Shown in pieces: positions 9,223 to 18,908 of a stretch of 18,983 bases of DNA. The DNA lies in the NCBI RefSeq assembly GCF_006345805.1, contig NW_021824360.1, positions 1 to 18,983 on the forward strand. The letters are read 5' to 3'. The notes beneath the pieces were generated by a model that saw only the letters and a program-made list of their open reading frames with translations, had not been told where the DNA came from and made no database searches. The DNA comes from Octopus sinensis (taxonomy: Eukaryota). Position 1 is the first letter of the stretch. The number at the start of each line of letters is the position of its first letter. The position numbers and the translations under genes were made by a program.

Positions 9223-9600
9223 AGGAGGTAGCAATATTGTTTGCAATACACCTACGGTAGGTGTTTTCGTTCACCGCCTACAAATTCTTTGTCTTGTCCA
9301 ATTGGGTAAAAATTTGTCTAAAGTTGGTGATGAAGTCTAAGTTTTCGTTTTTCTTGGAATTCATACTTTTCACAAAATTCAAGTTTGGATTAGTAGAAAT
9401 ATTTCCTAGGGTTGGCGACGCTTGTTCGGAGGAAGATACCGAATGGATTCAAATCCAAAGTAAATAGAACCGCCAGCGTCTATTTGAAGAATGTGTTCTC
9501 CATCTCAGTTTCTTGATAGAATTCTCTGTTTTTGTATCATAATTATAAAGAAGTTTTGCTTCTTGGTATAATGCTATTTGCGTAGAAAATTTAATTTCCC
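9223..9600 (-). mobile_element. Penelope-like element remnant (region N-terminal to the RT core)
   Basis: Frameshifted manual translation gives KFST..SIIPRSKTS / KTENSIKKLRWRTH / FGFESIRY / EFQEK / DKTKNL*AVNENTYRRCIANNI. This follows the order of PLE motifs as I recall them (S.KNIP.PS, IK.MRW.A.F, GFKS, FQ.KL, ADKT.NLY, Y...L.NNI). Not database-verified. Confidence 0.65.
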
Positions 9601-9836
9601 CCTTTTTTTTTTTTTACATTAAATTGTATTGGATATTAAAGTGTTGCACAAAAAGAGGCAGATGATATTTTGAAGACAAGTTATTATCAATTAAAAAGCA
9701 GCCATTTTCAATTAAAGGACTCAGAACGGGGTTAGTCAGTGAGAATATTTTTATATATTACATCAAATAAATATAAAAATGATTCATTACAAACGGGCAT
9801 ATGTTTCGCTCAATGCGAGCTTATCGAACAAATGCA

Positions 9837-9867
<31 letters not shown>

Positions 9868-9959
9868 CACGCACACATACTATATATACGTATATGTATA
9901 TATGATATATGTAACAAATATATATATATATATACACACACACAATATACGTGTGTGTG

Positions 9960-10130
9960 TGTGTCTGCAACAGGCTCCCACATAGTTCCTGTTTACAAGA
10001 TTCAGTTTACCCACAAGGCATTGGTTGGTCGGGGACCATAGTAGAAGACACTTACCCAAGGTGCCATGCAATGACATTGAACCAACCTGAAACAACCTGA
10101 ATGCAAAGCGAGCTTCTTAAGTACACAGCC
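9960..10130 (-). mobile_element. Decayed CORE-type tRNA SINE (head plus CORE) next to a (TG/TA)n tract
   Basis: Plus strand cccacaaggcattggttggtcggggaccatagtagaagacacttacccaaggtgccatgca matches 6050-6110 and the reverse complement of 11255-11315. Confidence 0.85.
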
Positions 10131-10304
10131 TGAAAACTTGAACATAAGTTTGAAGGTTGAACTTCTTACAAATAAGCCTCCATATTCGTCATAGACAGAT
10201 CATAAACCAAGTTTCCAACAGAAATACGCGATGAAAGTAATCAAACCGAACAAAGCCGATATTCGGAAAAAAATCAGTAAATAGATTCTTAATAAAATAA
10301 TATC

Positions 10305-10701
10305 CTTTTCTACTCTAGGCATAAGGCTCGAAATTTTGTGGGAGGGAGCCAGTCGATTAGATCGAACCAATATTTCACTGGTACTCAATTTATCGACCCC
10401 GAAAGGACGAAAGGCAAAGTCGAACTCGGCGGAATTTGAACTCAGAACGTAATGATAGACGAAATAGCTTTTTCTTTACTACCTACAAGGGGCTAAACAC
10501 AGAGGGGACGAACAAAGACAGACAAACGGATTAAGTCGATTATATCGACCCCAGTACGTAACTGGTACTTATTTAATCTACCCCGAAAGGATGAAAGGCA
10601 AAGTCGAACTCGGCGGAATTTGAACTCGGAACGTAGCGGCAGACGAAATACCACTAAGCATTTCGCTCGACACGCTAACGTTTCTGCCAGCTCGCCGCCT
10701 T
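10305..10701 (-). mobile_element. Dimeric family-1 SINE: head-core-tail A-core-tail B
   Basis: TSD TTAATAAAATAATATC (10289-10304) vs TTAATAAAAATAATATC (10702-10718); internal junction at ~10466-10470. Confidence 0.9.
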
Positions 10702-11192
10702 TTAATAAAAATAATATCGAAGTTTAAGAATGTATCACCTTTACCACTATTGTAAAATATACAAGAAGTTGTTTACTCACCGAATCTCTCCCATTACGAC
10801 AGTTGTTTTACAATTTAGTTTACTTTTATCACTCGCTTCTGAATATACCTTTCGAATTAGCTACCTGTAAAATACTTAGAAGCCCAGGCTTAATGAAAAA
10901 GCTTCACTACTACTCGTACGTTATTTCCATAGGATCTTTGCTTACTGTGTCTCGGTTCGATCCAACCATTTTCCTGTTAAAGACATGGTAGAAGAGTCCT
11001 CAAGCACTTCCACCATAGGATCCTATCAGGAAAAAAAAAAAACGTCATTACACATTTCGGATGGAATTCCATGCGTAACTAACTGAAACTGTGGATATTA
11101 TCCAACCATTTCGTTCTTGCTCGACGCCTAGGTTTCCTACCGGTCGACTCGGCTTGACGAAACCGTTTTGTGTTTCTTTCCTACGACATTCT

Positions 11193-11580
11193 AGGAGTGG
11201 TTGTGTGGTAAGTAGCTTGCTTACGAAGCACATGGTTCCGGGTTCAGTCCCACTACATGGCACCTTGGGCAAGTGTCTTCTACTATAGCTTCGGGCCGAC
11301 CAACGCCTTGTGAGTAGATTTGGTAGACGGAAACTGAAAGAAGCTCGTCGTATGTGGTGTGTGTGTGTGTTTGTCTGTATTTGTCCCCCCCCCCTCAACA
11401 TCACTTGACAACCGATGCTGGTGTGTTTACGTCCCCGTAACTTAGCGTTTCGGCAAAAGAAAGACCGATAGAATAAGTACTAGGTTTTACAAAGAATAAG
11501 TCCTGGGGGTCGATTTGCTCGACTAAAGGCGGTGCTCCAGCATGGCCACAATCAAATGACTGAAACAAGTAAAAGAGTAA
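11193..11580 (+). mobile_element. Full-length CORE-type tRNA SINE with distal module
   Basis: tRNA-like head GGAGTGGTTGTGTGGTAAG...GGGTTCAGTCCC, CORE-like GGCACCTTGGGCAAGTGTCTT, then (TG)n and a distal module ending ...TGACTGAAACAAGTAAAAGAG. Octopus tRNA-derived SINEs with a CORE domain are known; I did not assign the exact family. Confidence 0.9.
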
Positions 11581-12682
11581 CATATCCATAGTACTGGATC
11601 CACGTGGGCATCTCAGGGCAAAGAAGCAGCGGCTCGAACCGGAGAAACACCCTATTTCAGTCGCTTATATTAATATTTGCGATTGTACTCTTTCAATCAT
11701 TATCTAACATCCATTACCATTAGTGAAGATAAGCATGAAAACCGAACTGAAGATAGCATGTTTGCTTCTTTTACCAACTCCACCTTTTATTATTCACCCA
11801 AGTCGTTTATATCTTATTCTTGTGTTCTTTCATCACACTTTAAATTCCTTAACACTCCAACCTTTACCAAATTCTCAGTTTCTTATCTAGTTACCTTTTT
11901 CTTTTCTTTTTTTTGTCTTTTAATATACTTTATGCCCTCTTGTTGTTCTGTATAGTTTGAATTCCCTGCAGTTTATTTAACAATCTAGTCCTTTCAAAAA
12001 CACACGAGTAAATTTACCTATTTTTCCTGTTTAATTACCCTTACTTAATCATTTACACCGCCCCTTCTTCCTCAACTTTAGTTATTTTTACATTAATTAT
12101 TTTTATTTTGATTTCTTTTCAGTGTTTTCGAAGACATAACTCATCTTGTTATTTTAACGTTAATTTACATCTACCCAACACCCGCACTATTACACCCTCC
12201 CGAGCGGGCGCCTTTACTTGAATTATTAATCTTGTTTTACTTCTTTCTCCAACACTTTCCACTCCCTTACAACTCAGCAGATTCCTGACATCTAGTTAGT
12301 TAATCAACTTTTGTTACAGTTCTTTTTTTTTTTTTTTCTGTTTTTCTCTTCCTCTTTTCTTCCTCCTCCCCTTTCTTCTCGCCTTTTTTATTTTCATTTA
12401 TCGGTTTCGTCTCTCAGTGTCTTCTTTTTCTAACCAACTTCTTTGTCTCCCCTTCTTACTCACACTAATAAACATTAGCTTCAAGTCTACTAACTTGGTG
12501 TACTGACGCCCTTACTTTTCGTCCAATACTAGTGACCTACCGAAATATTTATTCTAAGATCAATTTCCTTTAGAGATGCAGGTGTTGTATTTTTACTCCT
12601 TTACATTATATAATAAATTTTCTTTTCTCTCTGTACTTCATGATAGATCTCCTTGCATCTTAGTTCAGCATCTCGCTCTCTC

Positions 12683-12685
12683 CCA

Positions 12686-12744
<59 letters not shown>

Positions 12745-12774
12745 GTCTATCTCTATCTCTCATTCTCTTTCACA

Positions 12775-12814
<40 letters not shown>
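12683..12814. repeat. Compound (CT)n-(TATC)n-(CA)n microsatellite; an unoccupied (GATA)n tract
   Basis: Read directly; (TATC)n at ~12716-12750. Confidence 0.95.
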
Positions 12815-12817
<3 letters not shown>

Positions 12818-13059
12818 CCCCTACAACCAGAGTTCTTCTTCTGCATTCAGTATAAAACATCTATCTTTAAACACTGTATCTAGAAAATGTCTGATCTCAG
12901 ATAACCCACCCATTGTTAAGTGTAAATTCCATCGACCACAAGTAAATTCATTTCATAAGCTTGTATAGAGTGAAACATGAGGCCATTTGTAGCAAATCAT
13001 TTCTAATTAAGTAGTGGCGCACGAACCGGCGTTGATTGAAATAGAGGTATGTACAATAT

Positions 13060-13485
13060 ACTTTTCCACTCTAGGCACAAGGCCCGAAATTTAGGGGGAA
13101 GGGAGCCAATCGATTAGATCGACCCTAGTCTGCAACTGGTACTTAATTTATCGAAAAGAATAAAGGCAAAGTCGGCCTCGACGGAATTTGAACTCAGAAC
13201 GTAACGGCAGGCGAAATATCGCTAAGCATTTCATCCGGCGTGCTAACGTTTCCTATTTCTTTGCCCACAAGGGGCCAAACACAGAGGGGACGAACAAGTA
13301 CAGACAAACCGATTAAGTCGATTAGATCGACCCCAGTGCGTAACTGGTACTTAATTTATCGACCCCGAAAGGATGAAAGGCAAAGTCGACCTCGGCGGAA
13401 TTTGAACTCAGAACGTAACAGCAGACGAAATACCGCTAAGCATTTCGTCCGGCGTGCTAACGTTTCTGCCAGCTCGCCGCCTTTG
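13060..13485 (-). mobile_element. Dimeric family-1 SINE (tail A + tail B) with an alternative junction
   Basis: TSD GGTATGTACAATAT (13046-13059) vs GGTACGTTCAATAT (13486-13499), 12/14. The second unit restarts at GAAACGTTAG inside the A box (junction ~13252). Confidence 0.88.
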
Positions 13486-14107
13486 GGTACGTTCAATATT
13501 ACTTAACACGTTCGTGTACACTCGGATGTGGAAAGACGTTGAGATATACATACGTACGTACGTGTTTGTCCCCTCTATTTCTATTTCTATGTACGTACGT
13601 ATGTATGTATGTATGTTTGTATGTATGTATGTACGAGGGGACATAGAAATAATCGGACTTAATACCCGATCGCGCGGTTAAACCATTGGGAGTGAAGGAC
13701 TCCTAGCCTTTGTTAGGGTATCCTTCTAGGAGAAGGTAACTCAGGTAACTGGGATAACTCCGACATAATTCTGCGGCTCAGTGGTTACCGATGATGTTGA
13801 CTTGTTCTTCTTTTCGGATTATGGCTGCTGTTGCTTAGTGAGTGGGATTGACTCAGTGCACAGCCTTTCCTCATTTAAAAAGAAAATCTTCTTGCATAGG
13901 CATTGCACGATAACAACATTGCTTAAGCTTTATGCAATAGCCATACTCGATAACGAGGGGGGCAGCCACCATGTATGTATGTATGTATGTATGTATGTAT
14001 GTATGTGGGTATGAGTGTATATATATGTATGTAAATACCTGAGTGAAAGAGATAAAAAAACGTATCCAATACTGAAAGTGTTGTTATGTGTCGTTGGAAA
14101 CTGAAAT

Positions 14108-14156
14108 ATTTCATATCGTTACAATACGTTTCTTGCTTCCGATCATCAGATGACAT
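14108..14156 (-). ncRNA. Possible degenerate type I hammerhead ribozyme
   Basis: Minus strand reads ATGTCAT-CTGATGA-TCGGAAGCAA-GAAA-CGT(ATTGTA)ACG-AT-ATGAAAT. Core boxes are in the correct order, stem I pairs 6/7 and stem III 3 bp, but the cleavage-site UH reads AT and stem II is poor. Confidence 0.35.
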
Positions 14157-14536
14157 CGTCCGAAGGTCAGAAACGAAAACTTGAGAAACGAACTGCGTAG
14201 TTTCGATTAACACTAACCTCCGTGTGCACGTGCGTTAGCGCGCGCGCACGCGCGTGTGTTTGTTTATGTTTGAATGAAACGGAGAGAAAAAGGCAAAACA
14301 GGTAGGTAGACTGTTAGACCTTTAGATGTTTGAGTGTAAATAGTGAATGGAGAATGCTTCTTCCAAGAAAACAGCAGTGTAGATATATGTACATGTGTAT
14401 GCTATATATCGTTTATGTGCACTTATAAATACATGTTCGTGTGCCTGCATGTGTACGTATGTGCATGTGCGTGCGTGTGTGTGTGTGTATTTGTTGCGTA
14501 TACATATAAATATACATATGTATATTTTTTTTTATA

Positions 14537-14655
14537 GGTGGCGCAATGGCCCAGTGGTTAGGGCAGTGGATTCGCGGTCGGAAGATCGTGGTTTCGATTC
14601 CCAGACCGGGCGTTGTGTGTGTTTATTGAGCGAACACTTTAAAGCTCCACGAGCC
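14537..14655 (+). mobile_element. 3'-truncated tRNA-derived SINE (third family), head and start of body
   Basis: A-box-like TGGCCCAGTGGTTAGG and B-box-like GGTTTCGATTCCC, followed by a non-tRNA body (GGGCGTTGTGTGTGTTTATTGAGCG...). Confidence 0.8.
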
Positions 14656-14661
14656 AAAAAA

Positions 14662-14995
14662 TTAACTTAACTTAACTTGAAAATCCAGCGTAAAGCTGAC
14701 CATGGGTGAAGCAAGGCCATTGAAGTTGTCAACCAGCAATTCGCTCTTACAATTTGTTGATGGTCATGGTAAATCTAAGACTCGCTGGAAAACTAAAGTC
14801 GTTTGAACTGAAACGGAACATCGCCTCTTGAGTCACCATGCAACGGTGGCTCTACGCTTAACGAAGGCTCTTGATACATCCTATGCTCGGACGTCTCCCA
14901 TCAAGTCTATTCCTTATCTCTTCGAATGTCTCCAGATTTCGCTTCTGATGCTTTGTGAGGTTCTTTCGGCTTTGTCGCCTTAATGAAATTCCTTA
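14662..14995 (-). mobile_element. Probable 3' end of a non-LTR retrotransposon (RTE-like?) with a short (GTTAA)n tail
   Basis: Minus strand ends ...TTTTCAAGTTAAGTTAAGTTAA. An upstream frame ends NLETFEEIRNRLDGRR, weakly like the RTE C-terminal DR..WR motif. Clade is uncertain. Confidence 0.4.
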
Positions 14996-15259
14996 AGCAT
15001 ATGCGTACACACTCACACACACGCACACATACACACACAAATACACATGCATATACAAACATATACACACTCAGCGTGAGAGGCATACATATGCAGAGAA
15101 AGGGTGAAAGAGAGTGTGATAAATATATATATATAGAGAGAGAGAAAGTTTACAATAAGTAAAGCATAAAAGTCATAGACCAATGCTCATAGGCAGTTAT
15201 GTACGTATGTATATATATATTTGCATAGGAATATATAAGTGCGTGAAAGTTTGTGTGTA

Positions 15260-15296
<37 letters not shown>

Positions 15297-15598
15297 GAGG
15301 AGGAGGAGGAGACCCCCTTCGGTCATGACTGACCATGGGATTGCACCTAGAAAGTTACCCTCTGCGGCACAAGTCCGAGCAATGTTGTTTATGGAAGGCC
15401 AGCAGTCACCTATGCATACCAGCCTCCCCCTCTCCAAGGGAAAGGCAAAGGCCGATACAGCTTTTCTACAGCTGAGTTAACTGGGGCAATGTGAAATAAA
15501 GTGTCTTGCTCAAGAACACAACACTCAGTCCGGTCCGGGAATCGAATTCACAACCTCATGATCGTAAGCTCGACGCTCTAACCACTGAGCGCCTTCAC
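15297..15598 (-). mobile_element. CORE-type tRNA-derived SINE (fourth family) ending in (CCT)n
   Basis: Minus-strand head GGCGCTCAGTGGTTAGAGCGTCGAGCTTACGATC...GAATTCGATTCCCGG, CORE-like GTGTTCTTGAGCAAGACACTTTATTTCAC, and tail ...CCCATGGTCAGTCATGACCGAAGGGGGTCTCCTCC. Confidence 0.85.
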
Positions 15599-15613
15599 AT
15601 GTGCATATATTAT

Positions 15614-15679
<66 letters not shown>

Positions 15680-15685
15680 GAAGAG

Positions 15686-15686
<1 letters not shown>

Positions 15687-15730
<44 letters not shown>
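15687..15730. repeat. (GATA)11 abutting the LINE 3' end
   Basis: Read directly. Confidence 0.95.
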
Positions 15731-15802
15731 TGTTTCTTTATTAGCCACACAGGGCTGCACACAGATAGAACAAATTACAAGGTAGAGCTTTTCTTTTGAA
15801 GG

Positions 15803-15837
<35 letters not shown>

Positions 15838-15898
15838 AGGGGAGGTTCGATCAAAGGGATCGTAAAGGAGAGAAAGAGGACAAAAATAAGGGGGTTAA

Positions 15899-15930
<32 letters not shown>

Positions 15931-18076
15931 AGACGAAAAAATGATCAATAGGGATCGTTATCACAGAAATGTCAATATGAAGTGTAAAGGGGAGGACAGG
16001 TGAGGTTTACCCGTGGAAAGAAAAGCCTGCGGAAAAGACCACGGTAACCTCGGTCAATGAAGTCACATTTTATATTTCTTTTTTTTTTTTTTTTTTTTTT
16101 TTTTGCAAATAAGCAACTCTCTGTTTTCGATTTCTGGGTTCATAGGACTATGCTCAAGGTGGCTTCGTCATCATACGTGCCATTCTTGCTACATTCACCC
16201 ATCTTTTTTTAAAACATTCGCTAGACAAAACTTGCCTCTCTACTCTCACTTTCCTTTTCAAGTGGTACTTGAAGAAGTTGATGAGAGATTGACCAGAGAG
16301 AAAGTGTTTGTCTCCAATCCTTTCAGACGCGTCCACCAGATACATTCTTTCGTTCGCCATAGCCACAAGGATGATGAAATAGCTCTTCCTTCCCGTTTGA
16401 AGGAAGGAGCGTGACAATATTGACGATAGACTCAGCTGATAAACCGACTCGTCCCACACGTGACAGCAGTTGTTCGACATAAGCCCACAGGTCGGAATTG
16501 TTGGACACTGAACGAGTGCGTGCAGAACGGTTTCGTCGCTCTGACCGCATCTCGGGCAGGTCGGCCCCGTGTTTCTCGAGCCGTGTCTGTAGAGCTTATC
16601 CCGAACGGGTAGCGCTTCTCGGTAGCACTGCCAGGCCAGGGATCTCTGGAAGTTGTCCATGGGCCCTGGCCGAAAGTCGTCCCGAACAGGCGGGTCAGGT
16701 ACTCCTCGTCGACGTCCAGGTTCGCCCCGAGCTCGTCGTCGTACCTCCCCTCCACTAAAACCCCTATAGAATGCTTTGGTTGTGTTGACGTCACTTAAGG
16801 TCGACCCAGGACGGCAGAGTGCTTGAGAGCAACGCACACTCGCGGTGCCATTCGCCCTTCCTCGGCCTCTTTTTGATCCACGACTGCAGTTCGGTCATGG
16901 AGACGAGCTGCGGGAAAGCGTGCCTCACAAACGCGACCACACCTGTTCACCGTCGTCTACATAGAGCAGAGATGTCGCAGTCTCAGCGCGTGTCTGCGCA
17001 TCATCAACCACGGCATGCCCAGCCCTCCTTTTACGGGTGTTGACAGCAAATGGATCGCCTGACCATCGGGACGCATCCTTTCCACAAGAAGCGAAAGAGG
17101 ATGCGTTGTAGTTTGGTGATGGTAGGGTCGGGACAAGGTACGACGGTCAGGCGGTAGTAGATGACGGACGCGATGTACGTGTTCGCCACCTCCGCTCGAC
17201 CTTTTAGGGACAGTTTCCTCTCGGCCCATTGCCGGGCGAGAGTGACCACCCTACTCGTTATCTCGTTCCAGTTCTTCTCCACTTGGAGGTCCGGACCAAA
17301 CCAGACCCCGAGCAACTCAACCGGGCCGTCGGTCCAGCGTCCCACGACGGAGGCGCTGGTGGACGGCATGGGCTTGCTTCTCCAGGTGGTGCCTAGTCGC
17401 AAGCCCACTGACTTTTCCCCGGTGATTTTCGCTCCTGTCACCGCTTCGTAGTTTTTCAGTGTCTCGCCGACCAGCTCGATGTGCTCGTGGCTAGACACTA
17501 TGACGGTGACGTCGTCCGTATGGGCAGACACGCTCGTCCCGCATCCCAATTCTCGCGGGATGCCCCTTAGAGTCGCCAGCTTCCGCAGTAGTGGCTCAAG
17601 AGTCAATACGTATAGAAGCGCCGAGAGGGGGCATCCCTGACGGACCGAACGTGCAATGTCGAAAGGTCTCGATAGATGTCCATTTACGCGAATTACCGAA
17701 CGGATGCCTCTGTACAAGGCAGCTATCCACCGCGGAAGACGGGACCGAACCAGCCGCTCTCAGGACTGCCTCCAAGTATCGATGGTCTACCCTATCAAAG
17801 GCTTTGATTGATCCAAGTTGATCAGGGCCCCACCCATGCCAGGTTCGTTAACTACCCTGTCTATGATGTAGCGCATCAGATGGAGGTTGTCATGTGTGGT
17901 CCGGCCTGGCACGGCGCATGTTTCGCCTTGTCGACCAGTTTCTCGATGACAAGCGCCAACCTCTTGGCTAGCACCTTGGCCAAAATTTTCAAGTCTGCAT
18001 TAAGCAGAGTGATGGGCCTAAAGTTATCTATTACATTTCCCTTGTTTAGATCTTTCTTCAGCAGTGTTACGGCTCC
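15731..18076 (-). mobile_element. 5'-truncated L1/Tx1-clade non-LTR retrotransposon (Tx1-like), flanked by (GATA)n on both sides
   Basis: ORF2 fragments cover RT to zinc knuckle. The ~420-bp 3' UTR ends ...GGCTAATAAAGAAACA directly against (TATC)n with no poly(A). The 5' end breaks just before the first RT motifs, against (TATC)26. The body is visibly GC-richer than its flanks. Confidence 0.92.
16154..18076 (-). pseudogene. LINE ORF2 (reverse transcriptase plus C-terminal CCHC zinc knuckle), frameshifted; endonuclease absent
   Basis: Motifs: AVTLLKK...DNFRPITLLNADLKILAKVLAKRL; LINLDQSKAFDRVDHRYL; RSVRQGCPLSALLY; SAHTDDVTV (YADD position); LLGVWFG; RKLSLKGRAEVANTYIAS; KGGLGMP; CPRCGQSDETVLHALVQC. 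Confidence 0.93.
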
Positions 18077-18181
<105 letters not shown>

Positions 18182-18513
18182 CATGTTTGTATACGTTGGA
18201 TGTAGACCAGATTTGTAAGATTATATAGCTTTACTCTGTAAATATTTAGTTAATTAATGTTTGACAGTGATCCAACAGCATATATAAATATATAGACAAT
18301 GTATAATTATGTAAACATTATCTCAAAACATACACCAATAGATACTAAATAAATATGTAGACATCATACAACGTTATAACGATTTCTGGCATAGGCACAG
18401 GGCCAGACACTTTTGGGAGGTGAGAGTAGTATAGTTCCTACACTGCACAAAATCAACAGCCGTACCGGATTTGATCACGGCGGGATTTGAACTTAGAACG
18501 TAAACTGATATTG

Positions 18514-18908
18514 GCTTCTAATTTTGGCATAAGCCCAGTATTTTCGATGGTGGGGAGTAGATAAGTCGATTACACCGACCCCAGTGCTCAACTGCTACTT
18601 ATTTCATCGACCCTGAAAGGATATGAGATAAAGTCAGCCTCGAAAGAATTTGAACTCAGAACGTAAAGACAGAAGAAATACCATTTTCTTTACTACCCAC
18701 AAGGGGCTAAACACAGAGAGACAACAAGGAGACAGACAAACGGATTAAGTCGATTATATCGACCCCAGTGCGTAAGTAGTACTTATTTAATCGACCCCGA
18801 AAGGATGAAGGCAAAGTCGACCTCGGTGGAATTTGAACTCAGAAGGTAGTGGCAGACGAAATATCACTAAGCATTTCGCCCGGCGTGCTAACGTATCTAC
18901 ACCGCTGT
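18514..18908 (-). mobile_element. Dimeric family-1 SINE (tail A + tail B), inserted at an older family-1 SINE remnant (~18388-18513)
   Basis: TSD CTTAGAACGTAAACTGATATTG (18492-18513) vs CTCAGAACGTAAAATGATATTG (18909-18930), 20/22. Junction at ~18683 is the same type as in 10305-10701. Confidence 0.87.

Noticed and set aside
13630-13965. TACGAGGGG / CGAGGGGGG mariner-like ends and a possible repeat fragment at 13700-13750
   Set aside because: The two motifs are direct rather than inverted, no transposase remnant was found, and I cannot assign the fragment without a library.
14537-14620. Possible functional tRNA gene (likewise 15520-15598)
   Set aside because: No complete cloverleaf or acceptor stem, and the sequence runs into SINE body; treated as SINE heads.
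14696-14706. CCCATGGTCAG shared between the RTE-like 3' end and the tail of the SINE at 15297-15598
   Set aside because: Only 11 nt, and the flanks do not align; insufficient for a LINE-SINE pairing claim.
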